A DNA stretch of 64,000 bases from Octopus bimaculoides (Eukaryota), in contig NC_068989.1 of NCBI RefSeq assembly GCF_001194135.2, positions 90,441,122-90,505,121 of the forward strand, given 5' to 3'. Made by a program: the position numbers and the translations under genes. Numbering within the stretch: position 1 is the stretch's first letter; each line of letters begins with the position of its first letter. The notes beneath the pieces are model-generated. The model did no database searches and had not been told where the DNA came from. It worked only from the letters and a program-made list of their open reading frames with translations. Positions 51,784 to 64,000 of this stretch are shown piece after piece.

Positions 51784-54700
51784 GTTTATTATTATTAAAA
51801 GAGTGATGATGTGACAGAATTGGTAGAGTGGGGGACAAAATTCCAGGGTATTTAGTTCCCTCTTTTTACAAGGTTTGACTTTGCCTTTCATCCTTTTGGG
51901 GTTTATAAATTAAGTACCAGTCGAGTACTGGGGTCAATGTAATCGACTGTCCCCTCCCCCGAAAATCTCAGGCCTTGTGCTTTTAGTAGAAAGGTTTATG
52001 GTGGTGGAGGAGTGAGTTTGATACTACTACTACTACTACTAGTAGTAGTAGTAGTATAAGACTTTAAAGTTGTGGTAGTGTATGGAGGGGGGGGTGGCGA
52101 GGGTGGATGGAGCAGGAAGGGATTGGATGGGGGTGCAGGTTTGGGCATGTGATAGCAGTCCAGATGATGGTTGATGTGAATAAAGCTTGATGATGTTTAT
52201 GTCTGTTTGTCTGTTGTTATGNNNNNNNNNNNNNNNNNNNNNNNNNNNNNNNNNNNNNNNNNNNNNNNNNNNNNNNNNNNNNNNNNNNNNNNNNNNNNNN
52301 NNNNNNNNNNNNNNNNNNNNNNNNNNNNNNNNNNNNNNNNNNNNNNNNNNNNNNNNNNNNNNNNNNNNNNNNNNNNNNNNNNNNNNNNNNNNNNNNNNNN
52401 NNNNNNNNNNNNNNNNNNNNNNNNNNNNNNNNNNNNNNNNNNNNNNNNNNNNGTGTTGGCCTGGTGGTGGTGGTGGTGGTGGTGAGAAGATAATTAAAAG
52501 CAATCAGAGATGAAGATGGGGGGTGTGAGGTGGTCATTGTTATAGCTGGTTGGTGAGAAGGTGAGGGGGGCAGGAGTGGGGATGGGGGTTTGAAGAATTC
52601 CTAGGGTGGGGGTGAAGAGAATGCTGGTTGGTGTGGGAGATGAATACTTCCCAACAATGTGTGTGTGTGTGTGGTGTGCCACCGACCAGAGTATATACTG
52701 TAATAAGCAGTGCCTAGTGCCTATTGTCTGTTGTTCTTTATGCTTCTGGTAGGGGAGGGCACTGGGGGTGGTGAGGTGATTCAAGTTTATTATTGCTCTC
52801 TTTTATATGTCTCTAATCCCCACCCCAACTCCCGGGGGTGGGGGAGACCTCTCCATCTATTATTTTCACTATTTTCTCCTCCGTCCCCCTGAGTAATTCC
52901 TTTTCCAATTAAAACCTGCCATACTTATTCTTCTGCTACTCATAAGCAAGATCTTGGTTAATCTCTAATGCAGCATAATACTGCCCCACCGCCCACCACC
53001 GTTTCCCCTCCTTCCTGCCCTCCTCTTTGTGTGTGTGTGTGTGTGTGTGTGTTATCAACTCATCAACGTGAGTACGTGTATCTCACCCCTCTCCTCATGC
53101 ACCCTCTGCACCTGCTGCCACGCGACCAGCTGCCTGTGTGGGTGGGTGGGTGCATGTTTGTGTGCGTGTGTGTCTGTCCCTCATGAGCACGTGTGCATGC
53201 AAGTTCACACATGTCATTCATACTCCTCTCCTTAACCCAATTTCCTTCTCTCCCCCCACCCCCCTTTCAAGCTCCTGTTGATGTAGCCCTCTTCCTTGCT
53301 CTTTCCCTGTTTCTCTTGCAATGGCATCAGTGATAGTGATGCAAACTCTAACGGTAAGAAGTAAGATAAGTGATGACAACGATGACAACGATGATCATTG
53401 ACATCATCATTTTAAATGGAGTCTAGGACATTTACCCCNNNNNNNNNNNNNNNNNNNNNNNNNNNNNNNNNNNNNNNNNNNNNNNNNNNNNNNNNNNNNN
53501 NNNNNNNNNNNNNNNNNNNNNNNNNNNNNNNNNNNNNNNNNNNNNNNNNNNNNNNNNNNNNNNNNNNNNNNNNNNNNNNNNNNNNNNNNNNNNNNNNNNN
53601 NNNNNNNNNNNNNNNNNNNNNNNNNNNNNNNNNNNNNNNNNNNNNNNNNNNNNNNNNNNNNNNNNNNNNNNNNNNNNNNNNNNNNNNNNNNNNNNNNNNN
53701 NNNNNNNNNNNNNNNNNNNNNNNNNNNNNNNNNNNNNNNNNNNNNNNNNNNNNNNNGGGGTAATTGTCCTGGGGTGGGGGTAATTGTCCTGATATGTTTT
53801 AAATGTCTCTTTTGGGGTCAGCTGGAATTTGTTGGGGCAGATTTTCTGTGCCTGCCTACCCTTCTTGTCACCAGCCCTCACCTGTTTCCCAGGTAAGGTA
53901 ATCCTCCACCCCCATGATGAGACTTATGCCTGACCTTTTGTTTAGAAAACATTGGTTTCAAATTTTTGCACAAGGCCAGCAATTTCAGGGGTTGGGGTGA
54001 GTTGATTACATTGACCCCCAGTGCTTGACTGGTACCTGTTTTATCAACCCCGAAAGGATGAAAGGCAAAGTCAACCATGGCGATGAGAATAATGATAACG
54101 ATGATAAAAATCACAAATGCTCTTCATTCCACACCTAACAGAACAACCTTCAATGTTTCTTCCCAGCCAGTTAACCCACATCATGATGACCAAACATCAA
54201 TATCTCTGCAGGATGATGTAACAACTGGCACCATTCATAATTCAATGGGTCTCCTACAAATGGTGGCAGTCCATTGTTTTGGTTACAACAGGAGTAATTG
54301 TTGTCTGGTTTGGTCTTTGTTGCACCTGAAGTCTGTTGCTGGGAGTGGTTGGCATTGTTGGAGATCTGGTGTGTGTGTGGGGTGGGGGGAGGGGGAGGTG
54401 AATGAGGGGAGGTGGGGGTGCTCATCAATATCAATTGTAGATGTAGGCATAGCTGTATGNNNNNNNNNNNNNNNNNNNNNNNNNNNNNNNNNNNNNNNNN
54501 NNNNNNNNNNNNNNNNNNNNNNNNNNNNNNNNNNNNNNNNNNNNNNNNNNNNNNNNNNNNNNNNNNNNNNNNNNNNNNNNNNNNNNNNNNNNNNNNNNNN
54601 NNNNNNNNNNNNNNNNNNNNNNNNNNNNNNNNNNNNNNNNNNNNNNNNNNNNNNNNNNNNNNNNNNNNNNNNNNNNNNNNNNNNNNNNNNNNNNNNNNNN

Positions 54701-55024
54701 NNNNNNNNNNNNNNNNNNNNNNNNNNNNNNNNNNNNNNNNNNNNNNNNNNNNNNNNNNNNNNNNNNNNNNNNNNNNNNNNNNNNNNNNNNNNNNNNNNNN
54801 NNNNNNNNNNNNNNNNNNNNNNNNNNNNNNNNNNNNNNNNNNNNNNNNNNNNNNNNNNNNNNNNNNNNNNNNNNNNNNNNNNNNNNNNNNNNNNNNNNNN
54901 NNNNNNNNNNNNNNNNNNNNNNNNNNNNNNNNNNNNNNNNNNNNNNNNNNNNNNNNNNNNNNNNNNNNNNNNNNNNNNNNNNNNNNNNNNNNNNNGAAGA
55001 CTGGTGAAACCAGCTGGCTACACC

Positions 55025-55082
<58 letters not shown>

Positions 55083-55890
55083 CACCATCATCATCATTTA
55101 ACATCTGTCGTCCAGGCATGCATGGGTAGGACAGTCGACAGGAGCCAGTCAAATAGAAAACTACCCCAGGCTACAGTGTCTGTTTTGCCCATCCTAACAC
55201 TGACCACTCTGCAGATCGAGTTGAATGACCTTCTTTAGGATGTGGTGTACGAGGTCTTCCTCAGGCTCAAATCCTCGTTGTTGGGTACTGGCTTGAGTGC
55301 CTCAATGGCCATGAGAGCTATGCCAGTGGGGCACAAGCCCTTAAAGAGCCTGCCATGTTGGGAAAATGTAAGGACAGAGGCCAGAATAATAAGGATCACC
55401 TCTTCCCAGAGGTAAAACTCGTTTTGCATAGAGCCAGAAAACCTGCCGAGAAAAAGCCAAGTTACAGAAGCATTGAAGACGATGTATCTCCATTATGAAA
55501 ACTGTTAACATCATCAGTGGAATGGCTGAACCCAGGGCGCAGTGTTGCAGGAGAGAATGAAATGGAATACTACCCTTTCATATCTAAATGGGCAGAGACA
55601 CAGACACACTTGTACACATTCACAACCATTCCCAATATGTACAGTAGAGAGGAGAGACAGAGAGAATTGAAGAGACAACCACAAAGCAGACAAGACAGGT
55701 TCTGCATCAACTGCCTCACCGACACCACTCCAAGATGCCAACCCAGTGTCCAAGACATAAATAGCAACAACAATAACAATACCGATAGCAAGAATAACAG
55801 CAGGGATTTTCTGAGTTAAAAATCGTTCAAGGTCAGCTCTGCATTTCATCCTTCTTTGGCTGATAAAGTACCAGTCTAATACTAGGGTCA

Positions 55891-55926
<36 letters not shown>

Positions 55927-55956
55927 TGGTTACATTGTTCTATGAAAAGGATCTCT

Positions 55957-56170
55957 CTTATTCGTATCAGTCATTTGACTGCGGCCATGCTGGAGCACTG
56001 CCTTTAGTCGAGAAAATTGACCCCAGGACTTATATTTTGTAAGTCTAGTACTCATTCTATTGGGCCCTTTTGCTGAACTGCTAAGTTACGGGGTCGTAAA
56101 CACACCAGCATCGGTTGTTAAGCGATGGTGGTGGTGGTGGTGGTGGGGGGGGGCAAACATATAGACACAA

Positions 56171-56203
<33 letters not shown>

Positions 56204-56340
56204 AGAGGATTGGCTTCTTTCAGTTTCCGTCTACCAAATCCACTCACGAGGCTTTGGTCGGCCCGAGGCTCTAGTAAAAGACACTGCTCGAGATGGCACA
56301 CAGTGAGACTGATCCCGGAACCGTGTGGTTGGTAAGCAAG
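55957..56340 (-). mobile_element. SINE family B composite, 5'-truncated
   Basis: Tail, linker and core in reverse orientation. Confidence 0.75.
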
Positions 56341-57472
56341 GAATAGAGGGGGTCACAATTTCCTGTTCTCTAGAAATGGAGAAAGGCTGAGTGAGAGGCT
56401 ATTGATCTCTTCTCATTATGTCAAAATATGGACCAATGTGCAGTATTTAGTGGAATGGAAATAAAAGCAAAAAAGAATATTATGCAGATCATTGAAGGCC
56501 AGCATCAGGAAACAAAATATGCTGAAACTTGTATTGATTCCAGTTGTAACAACAACCACCACCCATTGTTCCTGTTATCTGAAGCTGTGTAACTTTTCAT
56601 TACCAATATATGTATAATTCATATTAATATCTGTCTGCCACGAGAAACATTTACATAAATCACTAACCCCTACCTTTTCTTCTCTCTCCTCCTCATGAAA
56701 CAAAACTCTCATCTGTGGAACAGTACTATTGTAAACACGAAACATGCTGCGGTTCTTACTTTAGCCCTTTGCTTCCTGTGGAGTCTAGGCCATTGATGAC
56801 TTTTCACTTCTGTTCTTGGCTCTGCGCTGTCGTTTTACATTATTTCCATTATTTACATTTGACGGATATTTTGTCCTCATCTTGTTTGTTGTTAACATGT
56901 TTCGGCTGAAAGTTTCCCTGACTGTCAGCTTGTACACACCGAAGTTCAGCTTGTCTGGGATGCCAGCAACATTAGGGCCAGCCCTGCCTGAAGTTCAGTA
57001 GTAATCTGGATGCAAGATTTGTATGGAGTTAGTTTCTCTTAGATGAACAGCTAAAGAACTGAAGGGCCTCATTTTTCCTGGTTTTATTAGGGTTTCTGTG
57101 AGTGCATAGCCAATTCCATGACATGGTAAATTAACCCACAGCTGGGGCCTAACATACAGCCTGGTTTAATACTACCACCAGGTCCTTAGAGTTCATTCAC
57201 TCTTGTTGTAGGCATTTCGACTAGAGTCGAGCCACAAATGACCTACTTACCTACATTGACTTAGACATGTATATGGGTGGAACATCAACCAAACCGATTT
57301 GACCAACTTGTAAGGTTTATGAATGCCGAGTGGATTTTAGGGAGGCCCCCACATGTGATGGTGATTAGGAGCAACAGGCCATTCCATCTTAAACCATTCA
57401 CACACAGACACTGAGTTGTTATTTCACTTGGATCAGGAAGGTAGAGCTCCAGCATGGTCTTGGCTGTAATGG

Positions 57473-57547
57473 TGAAAACAAAGTAAAACAAAGTAAAACA
57501 AAGTAAAACAAAGTAAAACAAAGTAAAACAAAGTAAAACAAAGTAAA
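57473..57547. repeat. 10-bp minisatellite (AAGTAAAACA)n
   Basis: About seven near-perfect units. Confidence 0.95.
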
Positions 57548-58006
57548 AGACAAGATGTATTGATTATGATGCTGACCTTGTTCTATCCTAACAATAGAGT
57601 TTTTAGGCATGGATGTGTGTGGGTGTGTACATACACACACACACATACAGGTACACTCACACATACACAACATACATATATATGTACGCATATACATATA
57701 CATGTATGTATGTGCGCGCGCACACACTCTCACACATATACACACAATCTTTATGTACATACATGGAGACACAGATAAAATCTGTACACGTACATACACA
57801 TACATGCTCATGTCTACAAATACACACCTACTCAATAACAATGGCCCACGCACACACACACACACACACACTCTTTCTCTCTCTCTCTCTCTTTCTTTTT
57901 CTCTCACCCCCCCCACCCTTCATGCTTCAACACACAAATTTTGAACATACAAATATTTGCTATTTTTATAACTTCTCACTGATGCATGTCTGTTATTGCA
58001 TGCATT

Positions 58007-58042
<36 letters not shown>

Positions 58043-58356
58043 TAGGGGTGGTGGTGAAGAAGCCTCATAGTGGGAACCTGTTACTATTCTTTTTATAGCT
58101 GTCAGTGTTTACATGATTGTATGTATGTATATGTGTGTGTGTGTGTGTGTGTGTTGTAATTGCGATGTGAACTAATTGGCTATTTTAAAAAATAATTGTC
58201 AGTATATACACACATACACGAGTGTGTGTGTGTGTGTCTGTTAACGTATGTGTATATCGTTGTATATAGTATGTTTATGTGTAAAAATGGTGATAGTAGT
58301 CATGGTGCGAACTGATAACTTGTTTTATTTATAGCTAGTAGTAACTTAGTATTTGA

Positions 58357-58434
<78 letters not shown>

Positions 58435-58636
58435 GTATGTATTTGTGGTCAGTGGACGGTGGCCATGCTGGGGCACCACCTTCAGTTGAATTGAACAAAT
58501 CAACCTCAATACTTACTTTATTGGTCTCTTCTGTCTAACCTGCTAAGTTAGAGGGACATAAATGAACCAACACTTGCTGTCAAGCAGTGGAAAGGAGACG
58601 AAAACAAATATAGACACAATGACACACACACATATG

Positions 58637-58676
<40 letters not shown>

Positions 58677-59606
58677 TGGGTGTGTGGTAAGAAGCTTGCT
58701 TCCCAACCACATGGTTTCGGGTTCAGTCCCACTACGTGGCACCTTGGGCAAGTGTCTTCTATGGTCTCGGGCCAACCAAAGCCTTGTGAGTGGATTTAGT
58801 AGACGGAAACAGAAAGAAGCCCATCATATATATATTATTGTAGGGTAGGCCAGTAGGGTAGTACACACATGCACACATCTTTTACCTGTTTCAGTCATTG
58901 GACTGTGGTCATGCTGGGGCACTGCCACTAAGGCTTCAGTTGAACAAACCTCCCCCAGTATTTCGGTTTGTGTGGATGGATGGAGTGAGGAAAGCTTTGG
59001 TGGTTAGAGGTGTTGGAGTGAGAGAGGCAAGAGAGTTTATAAATGATAGGAAAGCTTAGAGAGTGTTTGTGGACAGATGAGTGAGTGTGATGTGGCTCAA
59101 AGGAGTACAGAACCAGCATGATGCAGCAGGGTGGTGAATGGGTGGAGGCAAACCAGCATATATATGCTGTCGGGGGTGGGGGTGGGACCAGCTGCTGCTA
59201 TTGGGGGTTGTGTTCTATGCCTTGACCCGAGCATAGAACAGGAGTTCACCCCTTTGAGCTGGGAAATGAATGGAATGCCTTGTGTGTGTCTTGTTGTGAC
59301 TACCCCCTCCTAAAAAAATGAGGAATAGGCCTGGCTATATAAAAAAACTTGTGTGTGTTGTATATTGTGTGTGTGTTGATGTTAACTAGGATAATGTATG
59401 TTAAATTCTAGTATAGACAGTATATATTTATGCTTTTGTAATTGGCCAGTAGGGTGTGTGTGTGTGTGTTATATATTGGTGTGTGTCAGTAGGTAAATCT
59501 GTGGTTGAGTGTATAATGTATATATTTTAATGTATTAATGTGTTTAAGCAGTAAGTTGCAGATGCATGTTTTTCTATATGTAATTAGTGATGTCTGCATA
59601 TATATA

Positions 59607-59649
<43 letters not shown>

Positions 59650-59755
59650 ATATGTATATATATGTATATATACATATATTTCAGTATGGTTATATACACA
59701 CTATTATGTGTGTGTGTAGTTGGTGGTAACAGTGATTTGTGTGTATGTGTGTATA

Positions 59756-59798
<43 letters not shown>

Positions 59799-60145
59799 AT
59801 AATAATATTAGGGACAAGATCCAAAATTACAGGTAAAAACTATATNNNNNNNNNNNNNNNNNNNNNNNNNNNNNNNNNNNNNNNNNNNNNNNNNNNNNNN
59901 NNNNNNNNNNNNNNNNNNNNNNNNNNNNNNNNNNNNNNNNNNNNNNNNNNNNNNNNNNNNNNNNNNNNNNNNNNNNNNNNNNNNNNNNNNNNNNNNNNNN
60001 NNNNNNNNNNNNNNNNNNNNNNNNNNNNNNNNNNNNNNNNNNNNNNNNNNNNNNNNNNNNNNNNNNNNNNNNNNNNNNNNNNNNNNNNNNNNNNNNNNNN
60101 NNNNNNNNNNNNNNNNNNNNNNNNNGAGAGAGAGAGAGAGAGAGA

Positions 60146-60322
60146 GGCACAGGAATGGCTGTGTGGTAAGTAGCTTGCTTACCAACCACATGGTTCCAGG
60201 TTCATTCCCACTGCGTGGCATCTTGGGCAAGTGTCTTCTACTATAGCCTCAGGCCGACCAAAGCCTTGTGAGTGGATTTGGTAGACGGAAACTGAAAGAA
60301 GCCCGTCGTATATATGTGTGTG

Positions 60323-60353
<31 letters not shown>

Positions 60354-60560
60354 ATATGTTTGTGTGTCTGTGTTTGTGCCCCCATCATCGCTTGACAACT
60401 GATGGTAGTGTGTTTACGTCCTCGTAACTTAGCGGTTTGGCAAAAGAGTCTGATAGAATAAGTACTAGGCTTACAAAGAATAAGTCCTGGGATCGATTTG
60501 CTCGACTAAAGGCGGTGCTCCAGCATGGCCGCAGTCAAATGACTGAAACAAGTAAAAGAG
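60146..60560 (+). mobile_element. Full-length SINE family B: tRNA-like head, CORE-like block, microsatellite linker, tail
   Basis: ggcacaggaatggctgtgtggtaag... ggttcattccc (B-box-like), cttgggcaagtgtcttctactatagcc (CORE-like), (ta/tg)n, tail to gactgaaacaagtaaaagag. Confidence 0.85.
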
Positions 60561-61192
60561 TATATGAGTATTTGTATATATGTACTGGCTGGTCTATTTT
60601 TGTCTGTAGATGTGATAACATGTAATATGAGACTACAAGCCCATAATGAAATTAAGGAACACAGCCAGCACAAACTTCTGCTGGCTTTTTGAAAATATAT
60701 TTTATCTGTGTCTCTGTACACAAATACATATGCACACATACACATGCATGTTTGTGTGCATGTATACATCCGCATGTTATACCCTCAGAGCAGCCAAAGC
60801 CCTGTGAGTGGATTTAATAGAAGGAAACTGAAAGAATCCCATTGTATGAAGAAGGCCTGGTGTAAAGAGGGCATGTCATTGATGAGGTCATGAATGGTGA
60901 TGAAAGGACTTTGACAAATGTAGCTGATTGATTGGTCAAACAATTAAAATAAAAAATTCTATTAGTTAATTGATGAAATATTAACCAATTGATTAATAAT
61001 CCTTTCTCCTATAGGCACAAGGCCTGAAATTTTTGGGGAAGGGACCAGTTGATTACATTGACCCCAGTGTTTAACTTTAGTGCTCTTCCATGTTCGAATT
61101 TGTTAGGTGAACACACATTGTTGAGATGTTTTACAGCCATTTGTCTTTAATCTAATAAGTTTCCCTTAATCGAGTTTTCTGTTTTCTTTCAG

Positions 61193-61444
61193 CTTGCAGC
61201 TTTTCAGAAGAAGAAAATAAAGAAAAAGAAGAAGAACGAGGCGAATAGCGAAGGTGTTAGTGGTGGTGTAGAGGAAGAATGTTTGAAAGAAAATCCGAAT
61301 GTGAGCCACAGTGAGGAGCAGCTCTTAGCGGCTGCTCCCACTACCTCCGTCCATACAGATGAAGATGTACTGCCAACAGACAGTTCTGTGCTTCCATCTC
61401 CAGTCTTTGACACATCAACAACAACAACATTGGGTCTCTCTCAG
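61193..61444 (+). CDS. Internal coding exon (252 nt, phase 0-0), N-terminus of an AKAP9/pericentrin-like or golgin-like coiled-coil protein
   Basis: Acceptor ttttctgttttctttcag|, donor ctctcag|gtaagg; open frame LAAFQKKKIKKKKKNEANSEG...TTTLGLSQ; the start resembles AKAP9/PCNT exon 2 (LAQFRQRK / LAHFRQRK). Confidence 0.7.
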
Positions 61445-61970
61445 GTAAGGAATTCAGTTATATTGTTCTGCTCATAAGGCGACAAGCTAGCAGAATGGTT
61501 AGCATGTCGGGCAGAATGCTTTGCAACGTTTTGTCTATCCTTCATGTTCTGAGCTCAAATTCCGCTGAGGTCAACTTTGCCCTTCATCCTTTTGGGGGTC
61601 AATAAAATGAATATTCATTGAATACTCAGGCCAGTGTACTGGGTGCTTGTGACATGGCACCAGCACCAGTGCTTTGTCTGTGGCACCAACACGAGCCTGT
61701 TTGAACATACAGCAGGCAGAATATTTTGGTCAGATATGGCCAATTTAAATGATGATGATGATGGTGATGGGTGTGTGTGTAGAATATTTAATCCTTAGTT
61801 GCTGAACCATAACTTCTTTAGGACCTGTCACTTTCTGGAATCTATATGTATGTGTTTATATGCACCCTTTTCTAGACATCACCTGATGGTTGTAAACAAT
61901 CACCAGCATAAGACAGGCAAAGTTGTTTGTTTACCATCTTCCATGAAAAGCTAGTCAAGCTATGAGAAAA

Positions 61971-62470
61971 TATTGTATTGAGTCAAAACTTTGCAATATT
62001 TGGTAATTTATTTAATTTATGCACCAAGTTACAACAGAAACAGCCCAGTATTGAAAATAGGGGCCATTGTGTTGCACCATTTGAAGCCAGCTCCCTACTA
62101 TTTCTTCGATCTTATGTTGCCACCAGTTCTTGTCTTTCAAGACGAGAGAAACTCCTTCACTGAAGGTGGCGAGCTGGCAGAATCGTTAGCACGCCGGGCG
62201 AAATGCTTAGCGGTTTTTCGTCTGTCTTTACGTTCTGAGTTCAAATTCCGCCGAGGTCGACTTTGCCTTTCATCCTTTTGGGGTTGATAAATTAAGTACC
62301 AGTTACGCACTGGGGTCGATGTAATCGAGTTAATCCCTTTGTCTGTCCTTGTTTGGCCCCTCTATGTTTAGCCCCTTGTGGGCAATAAAGAAATAAGAAA
62401 CTCCTTCACTGAAGCATTCACTTCCTCTTGGTTGATGAAGCACTGCAGGCACAGGATTTGAGCCATGAAT
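61971..62470 (-). mobile_element. Mariner 3' end (C-terminal ~60 codons plus TIR), SINE-interrupted
   Basis: Minus strand reads CFINQEEVNASVKEF / KDKNWWQHKIEEIVGSWLQMVQHNG; terminal ttttgactcaatacaata. Confidence 0.75.
62166..62395 (+). mobile_element. Young SINE family A with a 19-bp TSD
   Basis: TSD agaaactccttcactgaag at 62147-62165 and 62396-62414. Confidence 0.92.
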
Positions 62471-62474
62471 AATC

Positions 62475-63258
62475 CGAGGGAGATATTTTTCTGCAATTTT
62501 AATGTCCATAAGCAGTGGTTCGGGAAGGCTCAGCTTCTGGAACCCGTCACCAAATATAGGTGTTTCGAACACAAGGGGATGCTCTACATTGGTGAAATTA
62601 TGAGGGGGATGACCTGCTACGAGTTCGTTAATAACCAACTTGTACTCTGAACAGCTGGAATGGGTGTATGCCATTGTGCAGCAAAAATACCTGGCATTGG
62701 TTAACAGAAAACAGGGTCTTTTGCAGCAAGACATTGCAAGACCTCATACTCTTCAAACAACTCAAACAATTGGAGGGAATTGAATAAAAGAATAACAGAA
62801 AAAAGAAAAAAGGTGAAAGACAAAATGCGCTCAACACCAGAGCTGAAGACACTTCCAAAAGATGGGGGACCGCCATATCGAAAATGGTAGAGGAGTAGGG
62901 GCTGAAACCGGATGTGGTTCCTCCTGATGATATCCTTAGCCACTGGATCCTATAAAGGAGCTGTTGAGGTAGTGAACCATGAAACGTGGTTGGAATTCCT
63001 TGTTTTGATCCATGGCTCAACTCCTTCACTTGCGATGCTTCATCAACCAAGAAGAGGTGGAAGCTTCAGTGAAGAAGTTCTTCATCTTGAAGGACAATAA
63101 CTGGTATCAGCGTGGAGTCAAAGAATGGACAGATAGTTGGCTTTAGATGGTGGAACACAGAGGCTTCTACTTTGAATGCTTGGCTGCTTTTGTTGTAACT
63201 TGACGAATAAAGTAATTAAGTTAGCAAAATATGGCAAAACTTTTGACTCAACATGAAA
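62475..63258 (+). mobile_element. Mariner DDD-domain fragment plus 3' TIR, with an unrelated ~200-bp insert
   Basis: EIFFCN..HKQW..EPV.K; LYSEQLEWVY...LLQQDIARPHT; CFINQEEVEASVKKFF..WYQRG; terminal ttttgactcaacatgaaa. Confidence 0.8.
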
Positions 63259-63407
63259 TCACCTAATTTGGAAATTGGAAACAGGTGAAGATTGGCAACA
63301 AGAAGGGCATCTGGCAAGTGAAAATCTGCCTCAGCAAATTCCATCTAACCAATGCCAGCATGTGAAAGCAGACGTTAAATGATGATGGTGAATGTTAAGG
63401 AGAGAAG

Positions 63408-63736
63408 TAGATGATATTTTATTGTTAGACAACTGCTTCCCCATTTTTCTTAAAAAAAAAAGAATTCCTTTACGTTTATCAAATACAACTTTACCAACGT
63501 AATTTTGAAAATATCTAATTACAGAGTGATATTTCCGGTGCAAGTGGAGACNNNNNNNNNNNNNNNNNNNNNNNNNNNNNNNNNNNNNNNNNTAGATGAT
63601 ATTTTATTGTTAGACAACTGCTTCCCCATTTTTCTTAAAAAAAAAAGAATTCCTTTACGTTTATCAAATACAACTTTACCAACGTAATTTTGAAAATATC
63701 TAATTACAGAGTGATATTTCCGGTGCAAGTGGAGAC
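63408..63736. other. Gap-flanking exact duplication, probable assembly artefact
   Basis: 63408-63551 is repeated at 63593-63736 around a 41-N gap. Confidence 0.85.
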
Positions 63737-64000
63737 CATGAAAGTTCGTTAGAGGTGAGTATTTGCAGGTGATCAAATCAATTAATACATATCTGTTTTA
63801 CTGGAAACAAGGAGTATTTTCCTCACGAGGAACATATTTTTCTGTAAAGGAATATTTCTAACTAGGAGTATTTCCTGTAAAGTGGTTGGCCTTAGGAAGG
63901 GCATCCAGTCGTAAAAACCATGCTGAAGCCAACAGTGGAACTTGGTACAGTCCTCTGGCTTGCCAGCTCTTGTCAAACTGTCCAACCCATGCCAGCATGG

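Noticed and set aside
55517-55819. ORF containing MYSREERQRELKRQ as the missing AKAP9 first exon
   Set aside because: The similarity is superficial, there is no donor site at the expected position, and the ORF runs to a stop.

Overview
AT-rich, repeat-dense eukaryotic DNA from a gapped draft assembly (14 N-runs). The SINE/LINE repertoire and microsatellite density are consistent with a coleoid cephalopod (octopus-like); this assignment is an inference from repeat families I recognise, not a database result. Almost all ORFs in the supplied track are artefacts of microsatellites, gaps or decayed transposons. Supportable content: one well-bounded coding exon (61193-61444, AKAP9/pericentrin-like N-terminus) and a few weaker exon candidates; decayed CR1, RTE, HERO, R4/Dong-like and Penelope-like retroelement fragments; two solo LTRs with 4-bp TSDs; mariner fragments, MITEs and Helentron-like HINEs; and many SINE copies. 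The most unusual structures are two independent head-to-head fold-back elements carrying minimal hammerhead-ribozyme motifs (one fused to a tRNA-like Pol III head), a HERO element bracketed by two related solo LTRs, and an inverted (TTAGGG)n/(CCCTAA)n junction. Coordinates of decayed repeats are approximate to about 10 bp, and no alignments or searches were run.
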